Assembly (NCBI GenBank): GCA_965215265.1
Contig: OZ244048.1
Location: forward strand, 3,136,001-3,200,000
Direction: 5' to 3'
DNA from: Candidatus Poribacteria bacterium
GTDB lineage: Bacteria; Poribacteria; WGA-4E; WGA-3G
Length of the DNA: 64,000 nt
How positions within the stretch are numbered: position 1 is the first letter of the stretch; every line of letters starts with the position of its first letter. The notes beneath the pieces are model-generated. The model was given only the letters and a program-made list of their open reading frames with translations. It was not told the DNA's origin and did no database searches. This document shows positions 8,783 to 18,116 of the stretch, piece after piece. The position numbers and the translations under genes are program-made.

Positions 8783-10630
8783 TTATTGGCACGGGGTGCC
8801 ACTTGCCCGCAACAGATGGTTTGCTCTAAATTGATGGTTGTCAACTAAAATAGTCGGGGAGGCTTTGATGCCCAGTTCAGCGGCACGTTTGATATTTTCT
8901 CTAAAGAGTTGTTCCGCCTCTGGAGCGTCAAAACGCGCTTGGATTTTCTCAACATCGATGTTGAGTTTTCGTGCGCATGCCTCCCAACTTTCGTTCAGTT
9001 TTTTAGCACGGCATAAGAGATAGTCCAGATACTTATCTGGGTATTCTTTCGCTATTAGCAGCTGCCGGATGTCCTCTGCTACTTCAGGATATCCGTGTAA
9101 ACTGACGAACGGTGTTATATCTTGCGAACGTTTTTCTGGATTCTCCTTAGCGATAAAGCGGAGTTTGAAGTCAATTGTATCACCGAATTCCTTCACAATC
9201 GGAATCAACTTCTGCTCTGCTTGAACGCCAAACGGACAATAGCTCATTACAAAGAGTTCCACGGTGGGAGTCCCTATTCGTGATACACGGGATGTCAATA
9301 GTTCCTCAAGGTTCATCGGGGAACGGCTGTGATCTACATCCTTGGTGTGCAGTGCCACGACCTCTGAGAAACCGGGCGAATGTTTGGTATCATGACATTC
9401 CAAACAGACCGATGTCTCATTGCCCCTTCGGATGTTAGCTTTCTTCGGATTACCGATGTGCTGTTTGCCGGGACCATGGCACGTTTCACATTGGACACCC
9501 TTGAGCGTTGAGGTATCGTCGCCAATCTGGAATCCTGTTTGGTAACCGAATCCAGTCGTATGACAGCTGACACACTTTGGATCAAAGTACCGCTCCTTTT
9601 TCAAAAGCGTTTCAAAGGCAAACGCATGTCGCGTCGCCGACCATTGGAGGTACTCTTGTTCATGACAACTCCGACACGCTGTTGCCGATACATATCCGTT
9701 TTTTGCTTGTTGTTCCAACGTTTGAGCGGCGAAGAGAGGCAACGGTTCAGACGTTTTCGCGACACCTCGGTAAAAATCAGTTAGCAATTGGCGGATCTGG
9801 GATGCTTCTGGCACATCACCGGTTAAGGCAAGCTGCGTTGCATGGTGCCGAGTCAACTCTCCGCCTGAATTTACCCACAGTGCCAAAAATCCTAACGTTT
9901 TTCCTTCGGGTGTAGAGCCTACCCATAGAGGTCTATCTGCCTCTTGTATCGGTGCGCCTTCCTCCGGGCTGATAACGATATCAATACCGGAGAATTCTGT
10001 CAAACGTTTGGCCCCCAAGGCGATGAGAACGTCTACCTCCGGGGTTTCGTTTACTGAAGCGGATACGAACCCCATGGACAACTCACCCACAGTTTTTAGG
10101 ACAAAACGCTGTGTGTCCAGACGGTTATCGCTGAGGAACGGGAACGACGCAGCAGCACGCTGTGCGCTGAGATATGCATCCTCATACCCGAGGTCGTTTT
10201 GACTCAGTGCCACCGCATGGTATCCCATTATGGACATCGCCTGGAGGTTAACCTGACACCGCTGTGCATCGATTTCTTCAGTGCCATTAAAGATATTCCC
10301 TGCATCAACGAGTAACACCGGAATGCCGGCTTGGCGTATCTGATCCACAACGTACGCTCGCCTCGGTAGTCCACCTGACTGCTCTTGATAGCAGCCACAA
10401 GGTTCCAGATGACTTTTCGTACCACCCGTATAAAGGATGATGATGGCAGGCGGATCTTCATCTTTTAGAAATGTGAGAACGGTTCCAAGGGTTTCACCCA
10501 TTGGCTGGCGCGCCTGTTGCTTCACTTCCTGTATCTGTGCTTGTCTGCGCGATTCTGCCCAATGCGTATAGAGTGGTGGAAACGCTACAATGAGGGTTAA
10601 AAGAATTAAAGTAATTATCGCAAGTTTCAT
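8783..10630 (-). CDS. Exported or membrane-anchored fusion: UshA/5'-nucleotidase-like domain + tetraheme cytochrome c (c554-like) + thioredoxin/DsbA-like domain
   Basis: N-terminal hydrophobic segment; HLEPCGC..GGLPRR..LVDAGN; four CxxCH motifs (CRSCH, CVSCH, CETCH, CLECH); C-terminal ELFVMSYCPFG and GIKASPTILVD. Confidence 0.8.
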   Translation of the reverse strand: MKLAIITLILLTLIVAFPPLYTHWAESRRQAQIQEVKQQARQPMGETLGTVLTFLKDEDPPAIIILYTGGTKSHLEPCGCYQEQSGGLPRRAYVVDQIRQAGIPVLLVDAGNIFNGTEEIDAQRCQVNLQAMSIMGYHAVALSQNDLGYEDAYLSAQRAAASFPFLSDNRLDTQRFVLKTVGELSMGFVSASVNETPEVDVLIALGAKRLTEFSGIDIVISPEEGAPIQEADRPLWVGSTPEGKTLGFLALWVNSGGELTRHHATQLALTGDVPEASQIRQLLTDFYRGVAKTSEPLPLFAAQTLEQQAKNGYVSATACRSCHEQEYLQWSATRHAFAFETLLKKERYFDPKCVSCHTTGFGYQTGFQIGDDTSTLKGVQCETCHGPGKQHIGNPKKANIRRGNETSVCLECHDTKHSPGFSEVVALHTKDVDHSRSPMNLEELLTSRVSRIGTPTVELFVMSYCPFGVQAEQKLIPIVKEFGDTIDFKLRFIAKENPEKRSQDITPFVSLHGYPEVAEDIRQLLIAKEYPDKYLDYLLCRAKKLNESWEACARKLNIDVEKIQARFDAPEAEQLFRENIKRAAELGIKASPTILVDNHQFRANHLLRASGTPCQ

Positions 10631-11782
10631 TTAAAAAAACCTATTGAAGAGAGAAATAATCCCTAAATGGAAAGGACCTTTACAGATGACTGTTAACAGC
10701 CCACCGAAGGTAATCACGGGGGCAAAACGAATAGCAGGTTGGATCTGGATTTTGTTATTGAAGTGCGTAAAAGCATTTTCTTTAACTAAACTTTGTAATT
10801 CACGAATTGTTTCCTCCGAGAGGCCGACTAGATCCGTTGTTATGAGCTCACCGCCTTGTTTTCGTTCGCTTCTGTCCATCTGTTTCTCATAAGAGACATG
10901 CCCGTCTGCCTGCTCCATTTTGACGATGTGTTCGCTGAGGATCATGCCAACCTGTAAGTCTGATACATCCACGGTCCGGTCAAACGCGACACTCGCTAAC
11001 TGGAGCACGAGCTGCTTCGCTACAACAAAGATGAGGAAATAAAAAGCTAAGAAAAAGGCGAGACTCCCTAACATCAAACCAATTGAAGGGGCAGTTTTTA
11101 GCATCAACCATCCACTCACGAATAGCATGATGACGACAGCAGTGGGTGTTTTCAACAACGAACCCAACACTTTTTGCACAATGGCCAAAAAAGCTAGCAC
11201 CAGCACCAATTGCATCACCCGGTCTAATTGCCAACCCAATCTATCTAAAAGATAAGAGAGTCCTGCTCCGATGAGAATAAATTGAAGCAGATTAAACAAT
11301 TTATCCAGCACCGAATTCCGATCGAGGGATGTCTTGATGAGTTGAATCAACACCGTACCTATTCCCCGGATCTTGACTAACTTTACGATGAGGTAAACCA
11401 CCGAGATTACGGTATAGGGCACGATAATATTTATCATCACTACCACAGGGGGAAACATTAACATCTCTTGTATGGGACCAAACCACCATGAAGGTAGTAT
11501 TAAACAAATTCCCCAGAAAAACTTTGAGTCCCCCGGTGAGAAGATGCCAAACGTATAAAATGCAATGGCGATAACACCACTGGTGACAAATAGGATTACA
11601 ATGTTTAAAGGGGTAGTCAACCCCAGGAACCATCCCATCAGCTGTCCGAGATTGCCTGCGTAGATGAGGCACATTGAACAGAAGTTTGGTATCTGGTGTT
11701 TTTTGATGTCCGTCCAACTTGCATAGCTGCAGAAGGCAAACGCAATAAAAATAAGGATGGATTCATAAGTGAATGTATTCAT
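10631..11782 (-). CDS. A24-family prepilin/preflagellin-type peptidase (GxGD aspartyl protease)
   Basis: ASWTDIKKHQIPN carries the first catalytic Asp and FSPGDSKF the second. It is polytopic and has a FlaK-like C-terminal IRFAPVITFG. Confidence 0.8.
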   Translation of the reverse strand: MNTFTYESILIFIAFAFCSYASWTDIKKHQIPNFCSMCLIYAGNLGQLMGWFLGLTTPLNIVILFVTSGVIAIAFYTFGIFSPGDSKFFWGICLILPSWWFGPIQEMLMFPPVVVMINIIVPYTVISVVYLIVKLVKIRGIGTVLIQLIKTSLDRNSVLDKLFNLLQFILIGAGLSYLLDRLGWQLDRVMQLVLVLAFLAIVQKVLGSLLKTPTAVVIMLFVSGWLMLKTAPSIGLMLGSLAFFLAFYFLIFVVAKQLVLQLASVAFDRTVDVSDLQVGMILSEHIVKMEQADGHVSYEKQMDRSERKQGGELITTDLVGLSEETIRELQSLVKENAFTHFNNKIQIQPAIRFAPVITFGGLLTVICKGPFHLGIISLFNRFF

Positions 11783-11884
11783 AAAACACGATTTCTGTTT
11801 CAGTTTATGCCCCCATGCGAAATCAATCCTAACCTAATTTAACGAGGCATTAGAAGGACTTCCCCTTCAATGACGGCTTTGGTC

Positions 11885-12483
11885 TTATTCAATCCGCTTG
11901 AAAGTACAGCGGATGCCCCCACGTTCTGCCCACCCGTTTGGAGTCAGTTCCATGATGCCATACAGCATCAGGTGCAACTTGTTCTGCGTGACTGAAATGC
12001 CTAGCCAATTGTTCCTCGAGGTCTTTTTTATCGAAACGGTTTTTCCGGTTCTAAGCCTGCTGGAGGACATGCCAGAGATGAATTCCGGGAACGGTATGCT
12101 TGTATCCCGAAAAACCCGTAAGAACGGAAAGTGGATATCGCCATAACGTTGTGTGCTGATTTTGAAACTTCCGGTCACCTTCGTGTCTCCATTTTTACCT
12201 TGATACCGGCGGAAGACGTTCCGGTCGGCTGATACGTCAATGCCGGTATCTCTTCACTCACATCGCCTTCATCAACTTCCATCTCAAGAAATTGCCATGT
12301 GCCGAGCAGCTTATCGGTTAGCGCCAGTTCCATTTTTCGTGGATCATGTTTCCTACGTTCATTTTCGACTGCTGCACGCCGTCTCTCGCGTTCGTTTTGC
12401 ATTTTCTGGTATTTCGGGCTGGTGCAATCTGTGAAAACGAGAGGAATGAGCAGGATAAAAGTTAATTGAACAGAATTCTTCAT
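11885..12483 (-). pseudogene. Putative lipoprotein split by one frameshift near 12230
   Basis: MKNSVQLTFILLIPLVFTDC is a lipobox-like signal, followed by DKLLGTWQF. The downstream ORF frame is open upstream of its GTG (..RYQGKNGDTKVTGSF), overlapping the first ORF. Confidence 0.55.
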
Positions 12484-13457
12484 TTCTGTTTCAATCTCCC
12501 CCAACTTGTTGTTAGCAATTGCACTTGAGGGTGGACAGGCAATGCTGCGGGGTCAAACAAGTGGCCGTCGATATTCTGCCCTTGACTTGTCAGTTGTTTT
12601 GTCACGCGAGTGGTCAGATCAATTGTGAAAAGTTGTTTCTTATCTTTCGATTTCTTTTCATAGAGGAGTTGTATTCCATTGGGGAACCATGTCGGATCCC
12701 TAGCAAAACCACCGGCTCTGGACACAATTTGCTGCCTTTTGCTCCCATCAGGTCTCATTATATGAATGGTACCCTGATTTATCTCATGGAGGAACCATGG
12801 CAGATCGGCAAAGGCAATCCATTCTCCGTCTGGAGACCATGCAGGGAAAATATGCCGTATATCGCCCAGAGACACTTTTTTCCGGACACCCCCTTGTGCA
12901 GGAATGAATATCAGGGGGTAGCCTTCTTTTTCTTGTTGTGCTCTCGCAGCTGGAGAAAAAGAGAAGACGATTCTATCACCGTCCGGGGACCACGCGGGCT
13001 GCCCCCCAAACTCCCCGGCGCGTGCCAAAGGTTTTTCATTTTCCCCATCAATGTCAGCACTGTAAATACTCTCGGTGTCTCGCAAGTAAACAATTTTTTT
13101 GCCATCAGGGCTCCATGCAGGCTCACTTCTATCCACGGCCCTGGGGAAAACCGCTTTTACATTCCGACCATCCACATCCATGAGGTACAAGTCTCTGATA
13201 CCGTCCCGATGGGAGACAAAGAGAATATGCTCGCCTGTGGGTGAAAAGACGGGGTCATAATCCGCTGACAGGTGCTCGGTTAATTGGATAACTTCGCTCC
13301 CGTTGGGATTCATGAGATAGATGTCCAGGTTCCCGTTTCGATCCGATGCAAAGACAACCTTTGCTGTTTCCGGTGCTTTTGCCCAAGTGATGTCCGAGAC
13401 ACGACAAAAAAGTGTAACACATAAAAAGCAAAAAAGGAAAAAAGAGCGTTTATTCAT
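12480..13457 (-). CDS. Secreted TolB-like (PD40/WD40-like) beta-propeller protein with a C-terminal TTSWGRLK tail
   Basis: Signal peptide from MNKRSFF; repeated P.WSPDG motifs; FASDRNGNLDIYLMN. Confidence 0.85.
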   Translation of the reverse strand: MNKRSFFLFCFLCVTLFCRVSDITWAKAPETAKVVFASDRNGNLDIYLMNPNGSEVIQLTEHLSADYDPVFSPTGEHILFVSHRDGIRDLYLMDVDGRNVKAVFPRAVDRSEPAWSPDGKKIVYLRDTESIYSADIDGENEKPLARAGEFGGQPAWSPDGDRIVFSFSPAARAQQEKEGYPLIFIPAQGGVRKKVSLGDIRHIFPAWSPDGEWIAFADLPWFLHEINQGTIHIMRPDGSKRQQIVSRAGGFARDPTWFPNGIQLLYEKKSKDKKQLFTIDLTTRVTKQLTSQGQNIDGHLFDPAALPVHPQVQLLTTSWGRLKQK

Positions 13458-13557
13458 AAGAATTCCTTTTCGACGAATTGGTATCATCCCCTTAAAAAGG
13501 AGCATTCGGCGGCTACCACCGGGGAACGTCATGGGAAGTTTTCCACCAAGCAGTGTC

Positions 13558-13597
13558 TGCGAGCATGAGACCGCCAGCGGCGACACCGAGTGCTAAT
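13558..13597. repeat. 40-bp exact duplicate of part of the precursor gene (13869-13908), encoding LALGVAAGGLMLA on the minus strand
   Basis: tgcgagcatgagaccgccagcggcgacaccgagtgctaat occurs at both positions. Confidence 0.9.
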
Positions 13598-13605
13598 AGA
13601 GGTTT

Positions 13606-13664
13606 AGGCGGGGCGAGATGTCACCACATTGCTTTTGCGTCGATATTTGCATCTCGCCTCGCCT
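13606..13664 (-). terminator. Stem-loop downstream of the precursor gene (terminator or mRNA stabiliser)
   Basis: aggcggggcgagatg ... catctcgcctcgcct inverted repeat, 28 nt after the stop codon. Confidence 0.6.
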
Positions 13665-13691
13665 GAGATTGTTAGAAACTAACATCTTTGT

Positions 13692-13979
13692 TTAAGAACA
13701 AAATTTATGTATTTCGACGATGTCTTCAATAACATGGCCTCGGTCCGGACAAAATACTTCTCTTGTCCCGACAACAATTCGATGCTCATCACATGTCTGT
13801 TCACCAGGACATTGGGAATCATTATCACAAACCTTACCAGCTTCCGCGTCGGGGGCGGTCATTGCCTGTGCGAGCATGAGACCGCCAGCGGCGACACCGA
13901 GTGCTAATGGCGTTTTCACGCCAACCCGCCCTTCCTCAGAATTAAGGAAGTCTCGGATTTTCGACTTGAGATTTTTCAT
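13692..13979 (-). CDS. Putative precursor peptide: Flp/class III-like leader + hydrophobic segment + 5-Cys core
   Basis: Strong RBS (AAGGAG). Sequence: MKNLKSKIRDFLNSEEG|RVGVKTPLALGVAAGGLMLAQAMTAPDAEA|GKVCDNDSQCPGEQTC...FC...KFCS. Confidence 0.75.
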   Translation of the reverse strand: MKNLKSKIRDFLNSEEGRVGVKTPLALGVAAGGLMLAQAMTAPDAEAGKVCDNDSQCPGEQTCDEHRIVVGTREVFCPDRGHVIEDIVEIHKFCS

Positions 13980-14001
13980 TCGGGTTACTCCTTTCTTTTT
14001 A

Positions 14002-14053
14002 CCGGGGATCTCAGCCCCGGCGGGATGGGCTCAACCTTTTAGGTTGAGCCCAT
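14002..14053 (-). promoter_or_regulatory. Two stem-loops in the 5' leader of the precursor gene
   Basis: Perfect 13-bp inverted repeat atgggctcaacct-ttt-aggttgagcccat (14025-14053) and ccgggg-N7-ccccgg (14002-14020). Confidence 0.6.
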
Positions 14054-14070
14054 TTTCAGTGCCAGAGAGT

Positions 14071-15629
14071 TCACTTGCACTGAAAATGCTTGAAAATAAC
14101 TTTTACTTCGGCAGGGGTATGGTGTTTAGATAACACTTCTACCAAAGCGTTTTCAAGAGGTTCAAATCGGTTCGTTTCCTGCCGATACGCACTTGGATAG
14201 GTGGTACCGGTCCGCGGATCATAGTATCGGCAGAAAATGGGTGGAGACAACGTGGAGACTGATGGATGCTGACGCACTTTCGCACGTGCCGGGCCCTCTT
14301 TAAAGAGTCTGACAATCTCCTGTGCAGTGTGTTCCCAGGTATATTTTGTTGCGAATCCTTTTGCAATTTGTTCAAACTTCGCTCGTCGTTTTGTATTTTT
14401 TAGAAGTTGGTTTATCGTTTTTGACAACTGCTGCATCGGTATGTCCAGATTGCTCCCTTTGCCAGAGGAGCATTCGACGAGTACCCCCGCACTCTCAATT
14501 TCTGGGGGTAAGCCATACTTTGAGAGGACAACCGCGGGGGTGCCGTACGCCATCGCCTCCAACACCAATGAGGGCGACGTACCCGGCACTGCGGGAAAAC
14601 AGACGATATCTAACGCTTGGAAAAAGATCGGTAACACCGCTCGGGTGCCTTCGTCCTCTGCACTGAAAAACACCACATTGCTTGGCGGGTTCCGGTACTC
14701 TTCTGCCAAGATGGAGTCGTAAACAAAAAAGGTGAGGTGTGGATTGGATGTTGCCAATTCCGAGATTACCTGCACGCTAGTGTTAGGTTCGAAACCTGAA
14801 ATAATTCCGATCAGAGGATGTTGTGCAAAGAGTGGGTTCTCCGTGAGTGCAGCAGTGTGTTGCTTTGCTAATGCTTTTCCGATGGGTTCAACAACATGGA
14901 TGCCTTCTGATATGACATGCATTCCGGCGGGATCTACGCCGAATCCTGCCAGCCAATCCGCAAGCCATGAGGCTTTGGGCAGAAGCAGATCCGTGGATTT
15001 CTGGGCGGTGTGTGAATTTAAGGCGTTTTCCAGAACCCCGTGTTGCACCCGTCTGTCACTTTCTATACAGCGAAGTATCGGCAGTTTTTTTGAATAGTAT
15101 AAGATGTCGTGATTCGGAAATTGCCCGAGTAGTAAGATACCATCGTAGCCATCCATTGCGTACCAAGGGAACCAGAAATTCGGAGGATCAATGTTTATCT
15201 GTCGATTTGACACGAGCTCGCCAAAATCGTGCCCTGAATCCCGGTGGGTGTTAATAGATGGTACCTATTCTCGTTTGTTACGGCATCCTGTGCACTTTTT
15301 TCTGGTAAAAACTGAAAAGGTACGAGTAACTTGAGAGGTTCCGTGGCTTGTGGAACTTTTTTCGTCTCTGCTGTAGGGCTTAACAGGTGTCCATGCCTGC
15401 TGAGTCGCTGTAACCGCTCAATGCCTTGAAAAATTTGATCGGTTTTGAATTGGGAGTTCAAGCCTTCAACGGTTGCATAAATTGTTTCCGCGAGGTCACG
15501 ATTGAGGAGTGCCCACTCCACGTCGTTGATTTCAGCGATGACATCGGATTCTGTATCTGCGGCATATTTCTTACCGCCGTGTTCAAATTTGTGGTGTTGA
15601 TGCACTCGGTATCTATCTTGAGTTTTCAT
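14071..15629 (-). pseudogene. Second RRE-like domain + GT4 glycosyltransferase, split by a frameshift near 15250 (ORFs 15195-15629 and 14071-15213)
   Basis: The N-terminus HQHHKFEHGGKKYAAD parallels HQLHIFEQDGGLYAAD of the 572-aa gene. The C-part has YDGIL, LVLEAMAYGTP and YTWEHTA, and shares the tail HTPAEV/HTPREV. Confidence 0.75.
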
Positions 15630-15707
15630 GATGTTTTTCTGTAAATTATCTTTCGTGAAAAATCGTAAATAGTAGGTTTCAAACCTCTACAACGGAATAG
15701 GCGTTTG

Positions 15708-17426
15708 TCAGGCAGTGGCTTGAATGAAACCCTGACATCTTGCGAGCATCGCTTTAGCGGCATCTTCATCTTCAACAAATTCACTGAGGATGGCTTCTAC
15801 TTCCCTGGGGGTGTGTTCCTTAAGAAGGCCAATAACCAATCCATCTACGACTTTCTGATTAAAAATTCCATAAGGATTTACAAGTTTCTCATATCGCGAG
15901 TTCATATTGAGCATTATAGACTTCTGCTCTACCTGTTTGCGATAAACATTCCAATAGGGTGCGAATAGGGTGTTGAGTCTGTTTTCGCAGGATAATTTCT
16001 TTTTGCGTTTGAGTTCTTCAAAGAGTTCTAAAATACGCTTAGCTGTTTTCTCCCAAGTGAATGTTTGTGCACGGTTCAGTGCCTTTTGCGCGTAGGTTTC
16101 TCGGAACGACTCGTCATTCAGTAACAGATTAACTTTGTCTGAGAAGTCAAGCGGCGAGGCATAACTGGTAATGGTGGCGATGTCTTGTTCAAAACGCACA
16201 GCTGGGACAATCACCCCCGCGTCTCCGACTACAGAAGGCACACCGTCAAAATCTGATATAATAGGTGGTACGCCGCAAGCCATTGCTTCCAGCACCGTCA
16301 ACCCGAACGTCTCCTCACCCGACACAGATGGGAAACAATAGACATCAAACGCGTTGTAAATTAGGGGTAGTTTTTCGCGCGGATGGAACCCGACATAGAC
16401 AAGGTTTTCAGGCATTGTTCGGTGCGCGTATCTGCCCTCGTTCCAGCCCGCTTGCAAAAAGAGGATATGCGGATTGAGTTCTGCCAATTTGAGATAGATG
16501 GAGGCACCTTTTTCGGCTTGGAGGCGGGAGAGGTATCCCACCGTAGGCATCGTCTTTACTCTGTCATCCTCTACAAGTGCTGCAAGTTCACACTTTGCTT
16601 GCTGTTTGGCCATTGGACGAAACAAGTTATGGTCAACGCCGTTAGGCACTGTGTTAAAAACGCTTTTATCCCAGATAAACTGAGAATAGAATTCACCAAC
16701 AGAATCGGAGGGGGCCGTAAACGCGTCAAAATCGCGCAGGGCGGCATAGTGTAAAAGTACAGAACGGATACCTGTGCCGCCATGTCCACGCACACAGTGC
16801 ACCTGCATGAGAATCGGTGGCAGTTCCGCGCATCGGAAGAGTGGGAGGAGGGTGTCCGTTTTCCGGTCAGAATGTATTGTAAGAATGCCGTCATACTGAA
16901 CAGCAATACTTTCAGGAACGTGGACGATGTCGCGCAGGCTCAAATCCACCTCGTAGAGATTCTCGTCGAGCTTTCTGTTTTGTTTACCGGCAAAGTAGAG
17001 CACTGCATGGTTTTTCAGTGCTTGGATGGTATATGCGAGGGCAATGTTGGTGCCTGCACTGGTGTTTTCTATGTCCGAAAAAGTGTCAGGATTGAATCCT
17101 GGCAGCACTAACAACACGTGTGGACAGTCATCTCTCTTCGGAAAGAGTACCGAAGGCTTTTCGCCACGGATGAAAAGCAACCCCTGTCCTGCATACTCGG
17201 TTAATGTTGCAAACGCCTCCTCGATTTCATTATCGCTATAAGCCTCTTTCAAGGATTGCGTAAATTCCTCAGTTGTCTTTGTCTCAGCGAATTTCAGAAT
17301 ATCGGCAATTGCCGAAGAGATTTCGACGAGGCGTGCTTTATCCAGGTCTGCGGCGTAAAGCCCACCGTCTTGTTCAAAGATATGGAGTTGATGTAGAGGT
17401 CTCGGAAATTTAAGCATACTTTCCAC
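15708..17426 (-). CDS. GT4 (GT-B fold) glycosyltransferase with an N-terminal RRE/PqqD-like winged-helix domain
   Basis: GT4 motifs VPNGVD, GYLSRLQAEKG, ETFGLTVLEAMACGVP (EX7E) and FTWEKTA. The first ~85 aa resemble the N-terminal RRE of SCIFF/ranthipeptide radical SAM maturases. Confidence 0.85.
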   Translation of the reverse strand: MESMLKFPRPLHQLHIFEQDGGLYAADLDKARLVEISSAIADILKFAETKTTEEFTQSLKEAYSDNEIEEAFATLTEYAGQGLLFIRGEKPSVLFPKRDDCPHVLLVLPGFNPDTFSDIENTSAGTNIALAYTIQALKNHAVLYFAGKQNRKLDENLYEVDLSLRDIVHVPESIAVQYDGILTIHSDRKTDTLLPLFRCAELPPILMQVHCVRGHGGTGIRSVLLHYAALRDFDAFTAPSDSVGEFYSQFIWDKSVFNTVPNGVDHNLFRPMAKQQAKCELAALVEDDRVKTMPTVGYLSRLQAEKGASIYLKLAELNPHILFLQAGWNEGRYAHRTMPENLVYVGFHPREKLPLIYNAFDVYCFPSVSGEETFGLTVLEAMACGVPPIISDFDGVPSVVGDAGVIVPAVRFEQDIATITSYASPLDFSDKVNLLLNDESFRETYAQKALNRAQTFTWEKTAKRILELFEELKRKKKLSCENRLNTLFAPYWNVYRKQVEQKSIMLNMNSRYEKLVNPYGIFNQKVVDGLVIGLLKEHTPREVEAILSEFVEDEDAAKAMLARCQGFIQATA

Positions 17427-17492
17427 CTATTACATTGTATTATCTGTACTTGTGCAGAGCACATCGACAAATAACGCTCACGCACTCTTTTT

Positions 17493-18116
17493 TTACTTTT
17501 TAAACATGTCGACAATTTCAGGATAGTGGGTTTCCAGCCACACCCTCATCTTGCTTACCGTCTGACTGTATAGTGCCCTGGTGCTCCCTATAGGGATTCC
17601 CAATTCTTTTGCTATGGCTTTATATTTTTTGTCAGAACCATTTCTCAAACGAAATACTACTAATTCCTTTCGAGTTAGCGTTTTCTCAAAGCAGAGACGG
17701 ATATCTCTTAACTCGTTTTCAAGCGCACTATGTTCGGGTTGATAAAATTCCGGTGCAGCGAGGCTCTCTACAAAGGATGTCTGTTCCGAATCTGCCTCAT
17801 GAACTTCATCCAGAGAAACAGGTTTGCGATGCTGTGCATCCCGACGAATCCTGCCTGCTCTAATATTCTTTGCTATAGCGAAGAGCCATCCCCTAAAACG
17901 TTTTGGATCCCGTATCTTTTCCAGACTACTCATCACTTCAAAGAAGGTTACCTGTACAAGATCCTCCGCATCTTCAACGGAGGCTATCTTATTTTTGAAA
18001 AATTCGAGAAGCTGCTCCCTATATCGTTGATAGAGAATACCCATTGCCTCGCTATCGTCTGTTTGAGCGAGGCACACAAGTTCCGCGTCGTTCAATTTCG
18101 TATAATTCCTTAACAC
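17493..18116 (-). CDS. ECF-type RNA polymerase sigma factor (sigma-70 family)
   Basis: Region 2 DAEDLVQVTF...FRGWLFAIAKN; region 4 YKAIAKELGIPIGSTR. Confidence 0.9.
   Translation of the reverse strand: MLRNYTKLNDAELVCLAQTDDSEAMGILYQRYREQLLEFFKNKIASVEDAEDLVQVTFFEVMSSLEKIRDPKRFRGWLFAIAKNIRAGRIRRDAQHRKPVSLDEVHEADSEQTSFVESLAAPEFYQPEHSALENELRDIRLCFEKTLTRKELVVFRLRNGSDKKYKAIAKELGIPIGSTRALYSQTVSKMRVWLETHYPEIVDMFKK

Noticed and set aside
10355-10420. Selenocysteine in the UshA-like PCGC motif
   Set aside because: Both positions are ordinary Cys codons and the ORF is uninterrupted.
10631-13979. Tad/Flp pilus locus
   Set aside because: The window has no assembly ATPase, TadB/C or secretin, and the peptide lacks the pilin Glu+5/Tyr+6.
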